This document shows, in pieces, positions 37,401 through 46,876 of a stretch of 64,000 nt of DNA. Source of the stretch: Elusimicrobiota bacterium (GTDB taxonomy: Bacteria > Elusimicrobiota > Elusimicrobia > UBA1565 > UBA9628); the NCBI GenBank assembly GCA_016191335.1, contig JACPOW010000010.1, positions 34,469 through 98,468 of the forward strand, read 5' to 3'. The position numbers and the translations under genes were made by a program. Every line of letters begins with the position of its first letter. Within the stretch, counting starts at the first letter, position 1. The notes beneath the pieces are model-generated. The model searched no databases and was not told the origin of the DNA. It worked only from the letters and a program-made list of their open reading frames with translations.

Positions 37401-40400
37401 CGGAGGGCGTGACGCCGAGGGCGGAGAGCTCGGCGGTGAGGCGGGCGAAGTCCTCGGCCAGGGCCTGGGTGCCGGCGACGAACTCGAACTGCGCGCGGGA
37501 GGTCTCGGCCTGGGCGTCGGCGATCTCGGAGACCGGGGAGAGCTTCAGGCGCACGCGCTCGACGGCGCCGAGCAGGTTGCGGCGGGCGGCGAGCTCGCGC
37601 AGCCGGAGCGCCGCGACGAGGCGCGTCTTCTCGGCGACGGAGGCCATCAGCGTATGAAGGAGGAGGGACAGGCTCTGCAGGCGCCGGGAATCCTCGAGCT
37701 CGCGGCGCAGGGCGTCGTCGATGACCTCGACCAGGCCGGCGCGCACGCGCTCGGGGTCCGGCGCCTCGAGGAAGGCGCCCTGCACCCACGAGCCGCGGAA
37801 CAGGCCGATCGCGGCCAGCGGCGTGAAGCCGCGCGAGCTCATCTTCTCGGCGAGGAGGTCGGCGCGCAGCTGGGGCAGGCGGTCGCGTCCGGCGAGCTCC
37901 TCGGGAAGGCCCTGGGTGAACAAGGTCTTCTTGAGGAGGTCGAGGTCGAAGGCCTCGGCGTCGGCGACCTCGCGCGCCGCGGCGGAGGCGAGGTCTCCGT
38001 CGGCCGACGCGGGGAGCAGAGCGAGCAGGGCTTCGGGGGGCGTGCCGGGGGGAAGGCGCAGGAACGCCGCAGTCTCGGCGAGGTCGCGGGCCACGCGCGC
38101 GCGCGCCTCGGAGCCGATGCCCACGCCCTCGGACCAGCGCATCAGCGCCGCGTCGAAGCGCAGGCGCGCGAGCGCCATGTCGGCGCGGGCGCGGGCGGCG
38201 GCGGCCCCGGAGCGGCGGACCTCGTCGGCGCGCTCCTCGCGGAGCTTGGCCAGGGCCAGCATCGCCTCGGGCGGGGTGGACGGGCTGCGCAGGCGCGCCT
38301 CCATCCAGCCCTCGACGAAGCTCCGGCCGACGGGCTCCCCGCCCAAGGTCTGGCGGTGGTCGTAGAAGCGGATCGAGCCCATCGCGTCGAGCGGGGGCCC
38401 CGCCTCGAAGGCGCCCAGGTCGCGGGAGTCGAACTTCGGGGGTGTCTGGCGCAGGGCGGCCTCGCGCAGTCGGTCCTGGAGCTCGGCGTACGAGCCCGGG
38501 ACGCTCGCGGCCTCCTCGGCCTGCGCGCCGCCCCAGACGGCGATCTGCGCGCGGACCATCGCCTCCTGGCGCTCGAGCTCGAGCGCCTGCGCGCGGGAGG
38601 CGGCGTCGCCGCGGCCGGCGAGCGCGGCGCGCGCGGCGCGGATGCTGGACAGCTCCGAGGAGAGGGCGGAGCGCATCGCGGGCAGGGCCTCGTCGAACGC
38701 CTCGAGGGCGCGCTCGGCGGCCAAGGTCCGCTCGCGGGCGATGGCGACGATCTCCGGGGAGGGCAGGCCGTCGCCGGACAGCGCCGCGATCAGGCGGCCG
38801 AGCGAGCGGCCGACCATCGAGATCGGGTCGAGGCGCAGGCGGTCCACGCGCAGGCCCTTGTCCACCGCGGCCTCGACCGAGCGCGCGATCTTCAGCCGCG
38901 ACTCGAGCGCGTCGCGCGACGCCGCGGCGGGATTCAGCGCCGCGGAGCGGGCCGCGAGCGAGGCCAACGCGGTCTCCGCGTCCACGGTGAGCAGGAGCCG
39001 GGAGTCGAGCGGGCGGCCGAGCAGGTGGTTGGCGGCGACCTGGGACTCGCGCAAGCGCGCCGTCAGGTCGGACAGCTTGGCCCGGGCGGCCCTCAACTTT
39101 TCCGCGGCCCCGGGGCTGCCGTCCTGGGCGGCCATGAGGGCGGGGATCAATTCTCCTTCGTAGAGAGCGATCTGTTTGGCGGCATAGGAGGCCTCGAGCA
39201 GCGCCCGCGTCAGGTTGAGCGCCATGTCGGCGGCGGCCTTGTCCTGGAGGCGCGTGTACATGTCCGCCTCGGCGCCGCGGCGCCCCGCGTCGAGCTGGCG
39301 CAATTCCTCGGGGGCGAGCTCGATGCCGACGACGGGGAGCACCGCGAGGCCGGTGAGGCCGAAGGCGGGGATGAGGGCGACGCCCGCCGCCGTGATGTTC
39401 GCGCCGACCGAGAGGTCCACGTCCACCTTGCGGATGCGGCGGTCGGAGGCCTCGAGCAGCTCCCGGGCGGCCTGCGAGCGGCGGGCGAGGGCCTCCCAGG
39501 AGGCCGACTGGGCCACCGCCTGGTCGAAGGCCGCGTTCATGTCCTTGGGCTCGGCGCGCGTCTCGCCGGCGGGGCTCAGCGGCTGGCCCGCGGAGTCGAG
39601 GGAGGCCCAGGCGTCCTGGAGGGAACCCTCGATGCCGAAGGTCAGAGCGTCGGTCGCCGCGTCGAGCCAGCGGCGCGCGCGGGCGCGCAGCTCGGGCGCG
39701 CCTATGAGGGCGTTGCGGTACAGGCGGATGCCGTCGGAGAGCTCCAGGCGCGCCGCGGAGGCCGCCTCCTCGGCGCCGCGGGCGCGCTCGTTCCAACCGC
39801 GCGCGGAGATGCGCTCGGAGCGGGCGCGCAGGCGCGTGGACTTCAGGCGGGCGGCCATCTCGAGCAGGCTCGCCTGGGACTGGAGAATGAAGGACTCGTT
39901 GACCTTGCCCTTGGTCGGGTCGTAGATCGGCAGGCGCACGGTCACCGCGACGCCGAGGGCCTGGCTCGACATCAGGTCGGGGAGCTGGGCGCCGACGCCG
40001 ATGGTGAACTTCTCGATCCAGGGGATCCAGTCGAGCACCGCGAGCGAGGCCTCAGGCACCTTCATCGAGGTGCGCGCGCGGGAGAACAGCGCACCGAGAC
40101 GCTCGGGGGACGCCAGCGCGCGGGAGACCAGGCGCAGGACGCGGTCCAGGTCGTTGGGGTTGACGCCGTCGAAGGGCAGCGGCTCCTCGGGGCCGCGGCC
40201 GGTCAGGGCCGAGTAGCGCAAGGTCGCGCGGCGCAGGGCGTCCGTCGCCTCGATGACCCGGACCTCGGCCTCGGCGCGCAGGACCTGGTCGTCGGCGTGC
40301 GCCGCGAGGAACACCGCGAGGTGGCGGCGCCACTTGGCGAGCGCGATCTCCGCCAGGGCCGACTGCCAGGCCTTCGCGGTGTCGAGCAGTTGTTCCTCGA

Positions 40401-43400
40401 GATCGAGGCCGAGGGCGAACAGCGCGGCGCTGCGCGCCTCGACGAGCTCGCGCTGGCTCTTGCTCAAGGTCATCTCGGTCTGGGTGCCGACCTGGAAGCC
40501 GCCGCCTGTGGCGCGCTCCGCGGTGCCCGGGCCGACGGGGCCGGAGACGAAGCCGACCATCGCGCGCTGGCGGATGTTGTCGAGGAAGGCGCCGGACTTC
40601 TGCAAAGTCGCGACCTCGCGGGAGAGGCGGCCGATCTCGAGGACGATCAGGCGGCGGCCCGCGTCGGCGTCGAAGGCGCGGGCGAGCTCGGCCAGGGCCG
40701 GGTTGTTGGCCTCGTCGCGGGCGAAGAAGTCGGAGAGCGCGGCGTCGAACTCGGCCATCGTCTTGCCGCCGCGCAGGTCCTCGGCCGCCGCGCCGGTCAC
40801 CGAGCGCCACAGCTCGCCCAAGGTGTAGGTGGACTCGAAGGAGACGGCGAGGCGGTCGTTGAGGCCGATGTAGCGGCTGCCGTAGGACAGCGCCAGCTCG
40901 GAGTTCTCGCCGGTGCGCTTGCGGACCTCGGCGAAGTAGGCGGCGCCCGAGCCGGCGAGCTTGCCCTGGGCGTTGATGGTCCAGCCGAGGTCCGGGATCT
41001 CGTAGGAGAGGCGGCCGTTGAAGGAGTCGATGCGCTCGCCGCGCTCGGCGCCGCCGCCGACGGAGAGCCGCGTCTCCCGGCCGCCGACGTCGAAGGTGAA
41101 GCCCTTGAGGATGGTCGCGCCCAGCGCCTGCTGGGTCAGCGGATCGGTGCCGCCGGTCTTCGAGTAATAGAACTCGAGGTTGAAGGTGTCTTTCTGGTCG
41201 AGGGCGGCGGCGAGGTCCACGCCGACGCCGAGCTTGGAGCGCGTGTACTCCCGGTCCTGGCCCCGGCCCTCGATCAGGAAGCTCTGGTCGAGCGTGGGGT
41301 CGTAGCCGGTGAAGTCGAGGTTGACCTCCTGGAGGAAACGGCGCGGGTCCTTGGCGAACAGCGCGGTCTGCTCGGCGCTCAGCGAAAGCACCTTGTTGAA
41401 CTTGATCTTGGACTTGAGGTTGCCGCCGTAGTAGGACGGCTTGCCGCCGGAATCGTTGGCGGCGAAGTCCGCGAAGCCGGCCGCGCCGAAATACACCTTG
41501 CCGTCGGCGACCATCAGGGCGAAATCGTCGAAGACCATCATGCGGGCCTCGCGCGCCTGCGAGCCGACCGTCAGGTCCGGGGGGATGTCCTGGATGAACT
41601 TGTGGAAGGTGACGTCGAGGTAGTTGACCATGCGGTCGCTGTCGAGCGACTCGACGCGCACGGTCACGCCCTGGTCGCCGAACGGGGCGTTGCCGGCCGA
41701 CGGGGGGCTGGCGAAGCGGTAGCCGACGACGCTGACGTTCTGGCCCCACAGCTTGAGCGCGTTGCCGAAGGTGACCTGCTGCGCGGTCTCCAGGCCCCCG
41801 GGGGTGGAGAACTCGCTCTGATAGACGAGGTAGAAGCCGTCGGTGCCCTCGCCGACCTCGACCATCTTGGTGCCGGGCAGGAGCTGGGAGAGGGCGCGCG
41901 GGTCCTTCAGGATCTGCTCGCGGATGGCGACGAGGTCGCGGGCGGCCGCGTCGGCGGAGAGCGCGCCGAAGAGCTGGGAGAGGAAGCGCTCGAACTGGGA
42001 CTTGGGTATCACCATCGTCTGCGGGCCGCCCCGGTTCTCGGCGAGCCAGGCGGGGCCGGTGCGGCCGACGGCGGTCACGCGGGAGGCGAGCTCCGGGGAG
42101 AGGCGGCCGAGGTCCCCGACGGGCTCGAGCTCGCGATCGAGGGCGACGCGCTCCGCGCCGAGCGCCTTGAGCGTGTCGGCGACGGCTTTCGCGGCCCCGT
42201 CGCGGGCGCGCTCGGCGCGGCGGGCCTCGATGTTCGTCTCGAGGACGCCGCGCGTTTTATCCTGAATAGCCGAGATGTTCTGGGCGACGCGGGAGAGGGC
42301 GGACTCGTTGGGGTTGTCGAGCTGCTGGAGCCAGCCGACGACCGTCGTACGCTGTTCCTGGATCCCCTTGCGCGACTTCGCGAGCGCGTCGCGGAACTCG
42401 AGGGCGGCCTTGCGCTCGGCGTCGAGGGCTTCGTCGCCGGAGGAGTACACCTCGCCGAGCGTGTCGTAGTAGGTCTGCACGCGGCCGACGGTGCCGACGC
42501 CTTCCTGGCTCCACTGGGTCTTCTGGCCGAAGAGGTCGGCGCCTTCGCGGGCGACGACGGACAACGAGTCGAAGGCGGAGACCTTGCGGGCCAGGACGGC
42601 CTCGCCGCCGGTGAGGTCGCCGCCGACCCAGGCGAGGTCGGCGTCGAGGTCGGAGAGGCCGGCGTTCAGGCCGGCGGCGGCGCGGGCGAGGAAGGCTTCG
42701 AAGACCGGGATGCGGTCCTTGAGGTACGCGTCGGAGGTCGAGACGAGGGCGTCGGCGAAGAGGAAGCGGGCGAGGCTCTCCGCGTAGGAATCCCCGTTGA
42801 CGGAAGCGGTGGTGGGGACGAGGCGCTTGATGGCTTCCAAACCAAGAAGGGCGATCTTCTGGTTTTGGGAGACGTCGAGAGGGGGCTGGGTGCCGGTGGG
42901 GATGCCGGAGCCGCCGCCGACGCCCAGCTCGGTTCCGCCTGAAGCGGCGAGGGCCGCGTCGGCGACCGCCTTTATGGCCGACGCCATGTTCTGGAGCGTC
43001 CGGGCGTCGGCCATAGAAGTAAGGCGCGGGCCGGTGGAGGGGGATTCGGGGTCGAGATCGGTGGGGAGCTTATACTTAACGGCGAACGAATGTTGATTCG
43101 ACGTGAGACCGTCGAGCTGCGACAGAATATTGTTAACGGCAACGGCGGTGGCGTTCATTTTGACGGCCCTTCCACGGCGTTCCTCGCGGTAAACGGCGGC
43201 GCGACGGACCAGCGAATAGGGAACGGATTCGCCGTAAAGATCCTCCATCTCGGTGTTCGCGGGATCTTTACGGCGTCTCATGGAGTCTTGATAATCGACG
43301 ACGATCTTTTTGTAGTCCTCGTATTGCTTGCGCACGGAGGCGATGCCGGCGCGGGCTGCGCCCGCGTCGTAGGCCTTGGCACCGTTGGATGCGAGACCCC

Positions 43401-45927
43401 AGGGTAAAGCTTTGCGTAACCCATCGGATATCTTCACGTACAGGTTCTTTTTTTCCTTATAAAGGGTGGCGTAACCGTCCTCATCGCCGTTCGGATCGCT
43501 CTGAGCGATCCGATCTCGCTGAAACGGGATCAAGGTCTTATCGAGAAGGTCCTGCAATTCGACGAGCATGGGCTTCATGGTCTCGTTCAGCAATGAACGT
43601 TTCCTATCGATGAGTGCCTGCCCCTGCGCGGCGGGCGCGCCGGCGTTGATGTAGGCTTCATCCGCCGATATGTCGTCGAGCATCGTCTGCATTCCCGCGA
43701 CCGAGCGTTCGAAGGCGGCCTTGGCCTTCGGCAGCACGTCGCGGACGGGCTTCTCCAAGGCCTTCGCGGTCGCCTTGGCCTCGAGCCGGCGGATCGTCAG
43801 GTCGCCGAGGAAGGGGATGAGGCGAGACAAATCGATTTTTCTTGTCTTCGCATCGAACCCGGCGTCGGTGTCGGGGAAGGTCACGGCGTCGAGGCGGTCG
43901 AGGAGGTCGGGCAGGGCGGTGCGAAGGTCCTCCGCGCTCTTTCCTTTAAGACGCGGCAGGGCGGCGCCGGGGGCGCCCTTCTCGATCAGGGCCGAGAGCT
44001 CGTCGGCGGAGGCGGCGAGGGAGTCGCTGGCCGAGCCCAGGCGCTCCTCGAGGGCGAGCTGCTCGGCGCGCCAGGCGACGAGGGACTCCAGGCGCGTGCC
44101 GCCGAAGTCGTCGGCGACGCGGGTGGTCCCGCTCGGGTCCATCGCGCGGGTGACGGCGGCGAGCAAGGTCGCGTGCTCGTCGCGCTGGCCGCGCCAGAAG
44201 GCGCGGCGGCGCTCGAGCAAAGCGCGGGTCTGGGCGAGGGTCGGGTTCGACACGGCCTCCGACGGCACGCCCGGGACCGCGATGACGAGCACGCCGGCGA
44301 ACTCGACCGGGGCGGAGCCGATGCGCGAGTCGGCCTCGGCGAGCTTGGCGCGGTAGCCGGCGACCTCGGCCGACTTGGCCTGGAGGTAGTCGAGGGAGAG
44401 GTCGGAGACGCCGGAGGGGTTCGACGAGCCGTGCTGCAGGCCCGCGACCAAGGTCGGGAGCAGGGCCAGGCGGCGGTCGTACTCGGCCGGCGCGTCGGCG
44501 CTGCGGCCGCGGTCGCGCGCGTCGATCGAGCTCAGCAGGCCCGACACCTCCGCGCGGAAGCGCGCCACCGCGGCCGACAGGCCGCCCAGGCGGACGGCGA
44601 GCGAGGCGAAGTCGTCGCGCTTCTTCGCGTCGTCGGCGGCCTGCGCCTCGGCCTCCTTCTTCCACTCCTCGGTCCGGCCGGCTTGCTGGCCCGCGCCGGC
44701 GGCGCCGCCCGCGTTGTCGGCGCGGCGCTTCTCGATGAGCTTGAGCTTGTCGTCGACGAGCGCCTCCATCTTGCCCAGCGCCGCGTCGGCCGAGTTCAGG
44801 AGGTTGAGGCTGTAGGAGAGGTCCATCACCATCGCCAGGCGCGCGAAGTTCTTGCGGAACTCGAGGGTGTCGCGGCCGTCGCGCCGCTCGCGCAGGGCCG
44901 CCGAGCGGGAGCGGTCGGCGACGGCGAGCATCGCCTCCGCGGCGTCGCGCAGGGCGATGTTGCCCTGCAGCTCCGCGTTCAGCGCCTCGACGCGGGCCAG
45001 GCGCGCGGCGACGGCGGCCTCCGCCGGGGTGCCCGCGAGGTCCGGCTTGACCGCCGGCGAGCCCGACGGCGAGGCCGCGATGTCGTCGAACATGCGGCGC
45101 AGGGCCTCGAGCGAGGCCCACTTCGACTCGCGGGAGTCCTCGGCGCCGGATCCCGTCTGGCCCTCGGGGAGCAGGGGGGCGACGCGATCGAGCAGGCGGT
45201 CGAGGCGCGCGATCTCGTCCGCGTCGGCGGCGCCGCCGGCCAGGTCCCCGCTCTGGCCCAGGCGCTCGCGCAGCTCGCGCTCGGAGAGGGCGGCGGAGAG
45301 CGGCGGGAGCTTGACGGGGTTCAGCGCGGCCGGCTGCGGGATGGCCCGGACGGCCCGGGGCTCGCCGAAGTCGGGCAGCGCGAGGGCCGCGACGCGGGCG
45401 GCGGCCTGGTCGTGGGCGGCGAGCGCCGCGCGCGGGTCCGGCGCCGAGGCGAGGCTCAGGCCGAGGGCGCGCGCGAGCTTGGGCAGGGCCGCGCGCGCCG
45501 CGCTCGCCGAGGCCCCATGACGGCGCGCCCACTCCCGCGCCGCCGCGCGGCCTTCCGCGGGGGCGGCGTCGACCGCGGCGGCGACCGCCCGGCGCAGGGC
45601 GTCCTCGCCGGGCTCGCCCTGGAGGAGCGCGGCCAGCGCGTCGAAGGCGGCCTGCGGGCCGGCCGGGGCGACGAGGCGGGGCGTCGCGGCGGGCACCAAG
45701 GACAGGACCGCCGGCGCGGGCGCCCAGCCGGAGGCGGTCACGGCGTCGCGCAGGGCCTCGGCGGGAGGAAGGGGGGAGGGAAGCGCGGCGGAGACGGCCC
45801 GGACCTTCGGGGCGACGGCGGCGAGGGCGGGGGAGGCGCCCTGGAGGACGAGCGCCAAGGAGAGGGCGCACGCCGTGAGCCGGCGCGTCGCCCCGGGACG
45901 GGATTCTCGGCGAGAGGGGTATCCCAT
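34423..45927 (-). CDS. Giant (3,834 aa) secreted protein with a helical N-terminus, a beta-barrel-like region and tandem TolC-like repeats
   Basis: Uninterrupted ORF with protein-like composition; ATG 45927 follows TATGCT; signal peptide RRLTACALSLALVLQGASPALA; TolC-type motifs such as GVAVTVRLPIYD, YSALTG and NHLLG. Confidence 0.85.
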   Translation of the reverse strand: MGYPSRRESRPGATRRLTACALSLALVLQGASPALAAVAPKVRAVSAALPSPLPPAEALRDAVTASGWAPAPAVLSLVPAATPRLVAPAGPQAAFDALAALLQGEPGEDALRRAVAAAVDAAPAEGRAAAREWARRHGASASAARAALPKLARALGLSLASAPDPRAALAAHDQAAARVAALALPDFGEPRAVRAIPQPAALNPVKLPPLSAALSERELRERLGQSGDLAGGAADADEIARLDRLLDRVAPLLPEGQTGSGAEDSRESKWASLEALRRMFDDIAASPSGSPAVKPDLAGTPAEAAVAARLARVEALNAELQGNIALRDAAEAMLAVADRSRSAALRERRDGRDTLEFRKNFARLAMVMDLSYSLNLLNSADAALGKMEALVDDKLKLIEKRRADNAGGAAGAGQQAGRTEEWKKEAEAQAADDAKKRDDFASLAVRLGGLSAAVARFRAEVSGLLSSIDARDRGRSADAPAEYDRRLALLPTLVAGLQHGSSNPSGVSDLSLDYLQAKSAEVAGYRAKLAEADSRIGSAPVEFAGVLVIAVPGVPSEAVSNPTLAQTRALLERRRAFWRGQRDEHATLLAAVTRAMDPSGTTRVADDFGGTRLESLVAWRAEQLALEERLGSASDSLAASADELSALIEKGAPGAALPRLKGKSAEDLRTALPDLLDRLDAVTFPDTDAGFDAKTRKIDLSRLIPFLGDLTIRRLEAKATAKALEKPVRDVLPKAKAAFERSVAGMQTMLDDISADEAYINAGAPAAQGQALIDRKRSLLNETMKPMLVELQDLLDKTLIPFQRDRIAQSDPNGDEDGYATLYKEKKNLYVKISDGLRKALPWGLASNGAKAYDAGAARAGIASVRKQYEDYKKIVVDYQDSMRRRKDPANTEMEDLYGESVPYSLVRRAAVYREERRGRAVKMNATAVAVNNILSQLDGLTSNQHSFAVKYKLPTDLDPESPSTGPRLTSMADARTLQNMASAIKAVADAALAASGGTELGVGGGSGIPTGTQPPLDVSQNQKIALLGLEAIKRLVPTTASVNGDSYAESLARFLFADALVSTSDAYLKDRIPVFEAFLARAAAGLNAGLSDLDADLAWVGGDLTGGEAVLARKVSAFDSLSVVAREGADLFGQKTQWSQEGVGTVGRVQTYYDTLGEVYSSGDEALDAERKAALEFRDALAKSRKGIQEQRTTVVGWLQQLDNPNESALSRVAQNISAIQDKTRGVLETNIEARRAERARDGAAKAVADTLKALGAERVALDRELEPVGDLGRLSPELASRVTAVGRTGPAWLAENRGGPQTMVIPKSQFERFLSQLFGALSADAAARDLVAIREQILKDPRALSQLLPGTKMVEVGEGTDGFYLVYQSEFSTPGGLETAQQVTFGNALKLWGQNVSVVGYRFASPPSAGNAPFGDQGVTVRVESLDSDRMVNYLDVTFHKFIQDIPPDLTVGSQAREARMMVFDDFALMVADGKVYFGAAGFADFAANDSGGKPSYYGGNLKSKIKFNKVLSLSAEQTALFAKDPRRFLQEVNLDFTGYDPTLDQSFLIEGRGQDREYTRSKLGVGVDLAAALDQKDTFNLEFYYSKTGGTDPLTQQALGATILKGFTFDVGGRETRLSVGGGAERGERIDSFNGRLSYEIPDLGWTINAQGKLAGSGAAYFAEVRKRTGENSELALSYGSRYIGLNDRLAVSFESTYTLGELWRSVTGAAAEDLRGGKTMAEFDAALSDFFARDEANNPALAELARAFDADAGRRLIVLEIGRLSREVATLQKSGAFLDNIRQRAMVGFVSGPVGPGTAERATGGGFQVGTQTEMTLSKSQRELVEARSAALFALGLDLEEQLLDTAKAWQSALAEIALAKWRRHLAVFLAAHADDQVLRAEAEVRVIEATDALRRATLRYSALTGRGPEEPLPFDGVNPNDLDRVLRLVSRALASPERLGALFSRARTSMKVPEASLAVLDWIPWIEKFTIGVGAQLPDLMSSQALGVAVTVRLPIYDPTKGKVNESFILQSQASLLEMAARLKSTRLRARSERISARGWNERARGAEEAASAARLELSDGIRLYRNALIGAPELRARARRWLDAATDALTFGIEGSLQDAWASLDSAGQPLSPAGETRAEPKDMNAAFDQAVAQSASWEALARRSQAARELLEASDRRIRKVDVDLSVGANITAAGVALIPAFGLTGLAVLPVVGIELAPEELRQLDAGRRGAEADMYTRLQDKAAADMALNLTRALLEASYAAKQIALYEGELIPALMAAQDGSPGAAEKLRAARAKLSDLTARLRESQVAANHLLGRPLDSRLLLTVDAETALASLAARSAALNPAAASRDALESRLKIARSVEAAVDKGLRVDRLRLDPISMVGRSLGRLIAALSGDGLPSPEIVAIARERTLAAERALEAFDEALPAMRSALSSELSSIRAARAALAGRGDAASRAQALELERQEAMVRAQIAVWGGAQAEEAASVPGSYAELQDRLREAALRQTPPKFDSRDLGAFEAGPPLDAMGSIRFYDHRQTLGGEPVGRSFVEGWMEARLRSPSTPPEAMLALAKLREERADEVRRSGAAAARARADMALARLRFDAALMRWSEGVGIGSEARARVARDLAETAAFLRLPPGTPPEALLALLPASADGDLASAAAREVADAEAFDLDLLKKTLFTQGLPEELAGRDRLPQLRADLLAEKMSSRGFTPLAAIGLFRGSWVQGAFLEAPDPERVRAGLVEVIDDALRRELEDSRRLQSLSLLLHTLMASVAEKTRLVAALRLRELAARRNLLGAVERVRLKLSPVSEIADAQAETSRAQFEFVAGTQALAEDFARLTAELSALGVTPSVYARPRSADGGRDPLEPAERTARARLLAWWADRLLDADFERRNDELLAGAPESIRAELRVLVERYRIAARDEAAVKSNDYDPAERLERLMKVDLQGRRRLIEGTLERILAEMQAADPSRGSSWTGLMGFLRQEAGAAAEAEGSVLATEGALNAELSLVYWSAVKAPPALDKPVRRLIELDATVSRLRREAQAAWLSRSGSPTDHLLKDKALDAYVSALDAFDAELARTLELPEAAADAAWTRSLDGLFGVRASLARRRDRLQYGRGILTLEAAIALGESRLLALRFDPSETREIAPASETVAFLRGMKARWIGRTDALPALVALRSKDGVTWSSPADVRKFEAAGRVSDLAGRRFVAPELWVGRAPATADEALSQGWSEVVEGDDAARERLAQARSRRAEAARRAALDRALTSTEVVLDGGAAGSSLTLGDLRRLEGEGRVLWFEARPDPRTGLRKAVPVPAARLRAPSELISLVRVDGPAPDPSAYPSLEALESSGASASYRRAELGRAGLLALAAEAKAQALSARRAGWLKLKLSSWGFALDEGGEVAAVYLDEDEMKKAADAARDPKDPAHKWTFHKTADLSVGLGEDGTVVAARVGSRTIALGGTAATWLGEAPLALETDAQGRVRRVFNDKESLSRKAGGWWVEDASGRVWKDTDAEYAPTAKPKRWIDPETGFSVTLGRELEEARLSSARRAAAAARRWAYSPGQWPDLLFELPRGVVQIPIELITGRDPNQHGYLGGVYARRGEGGASVRRGPGGTLLHAIDVLGILPDPVQRYFDPSQFPAVVDNDGALNPGEGEYSKDPSTVDGRLNLIFGSGALMREARWAQEDREASRAEALSAFRGGARRETLETVRGRAGNYAEAYVRTETGRAAFLAALAELGLGAREDGGTLSADPRRAATDRVVMSYLLELGAEGQDARLRLYEEELKRLEARPEAKADAFDAELAAAQASLSAALAARRAAEQALKDLVPNMPGESPLVRRLASR

Positions 45928-46236
45928 TGGGCCTAAGCATAGGCTCCAAAGACCTACATCCACAAGGAGCCTGGGACCTATCCTAGCATGGGCCGTTCGG
46001 CCCAGTCAAGTGCCTGATGTTAAGTCCTCGTTCTCCGTCGGCGACTTAACCTTTAAAGCCTGGCACCATGTGTCGAAGGTGTTACTATCCCCGGACTTAT
46101 CCACCTATTCACACGGGCCCTTCTCCCGTCTCGGAACGGCGCTCCGGAGGGGGCGCGCGCGGCGGCGCGGGCCGGAGGTCCTACGACGGCTTTCCGGTTC
46201 AAGTCCCGCCCGTAATAATGCTAAACTCCGGCCCGA

Positions 46237-46571
46237 TGGAAACCCCTTCCGCCTCCGACTCGGTCGAGCGCCTCTGGAAGACGGCGCGCTACCTGCCGCA
46301 GACCGTGCGTCTGCTGGGGACGCGCTACCGGACGCTCTTCCTCGCCCACGCCCAGCGCTGCCGCCCGCGCGGGGACGCGGCCGTCGTGGCCGACGCCCTC
46401 GCGTTCGCGGATTTCCTCTCCAAGCAGGAGCGCGTCGGGCTGCTCGCCCCGGAGAGGACCGCGCTGCGCCGCGACGAGCGCGCCCTGCGCCGCCGCTTCC
46501 GCCTGCGCCGCGACGGCGACGCCGTCGAGGCGATCGAGAAGTGGAAGATCCTGCAGTGGCTCAGGCTCTGA
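46237..46571 (+). CDS. Small hypothetical helical protein
   Basis: ATG 46237 follows TGCTAAACT; ends 1 nt before clpS. Confidence 0.6.
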
Positions 46572-46572
46572 G

Positions 46573-46869
46573 ATGCCCGTCGCGACGCGGAAAGGTTCCG
46601 CGCAGATAAAAAAAGTCGAGGAGCCCGCCGACACCGAGCGGGACCACGGCTGGAACGTCGTCCTCTTCAACTGCGACTGCCACACGTTCGACCAGGTGGA
46701 GGGGATACTCCTCAAGGCCGTGCGCTGCTCCCTCTCCCAGGCCCGCGCCTTCTCCTGGGAGGTGCACTCGAAGGGCTCCGCCGTCGTCTACCAGGGCGCC
46801 CTCGAGCGCTGCGAGGCCGTCGCCGACGTCATCGCCTCCATCGGCCTCCAGGTCAAGATCTCCCAATAA
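46573..46869 (+). CDS. clpS: ClpS adaptor protein
   Basis: WNVVLFNCDCHTFDQV...EVHSKGSAVVYQG...E. Confidence 0.85.
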   Translation: MPVATRKGSAQIKKVEEPADTERDHGWNVVLFNCDCHTFDQVEGILLKAVRCSLSQARAFSWEVHSKGSAVVYQGALERCEAVADVIASIGLQVKISQ

Positions 46870-46876
46870 AGGCGCC

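Noticed and set aside
35185..42942. 2,585-aa plus-strand ORF, and the 1,833-aa alternative-frame ORF at 34295-39796
   Set aside because: Shadow ORFs of the giant gene caused by extreme GC bias; composition is typical of antisense or off-frame translation and shows no motifs.
46237..46571. Resemblance to helical partner proteins of DUF692 enzymes
   Set aside because: Only a faint by-eye similarity, and there is no DUF692 gene or precursor peptide nearby.
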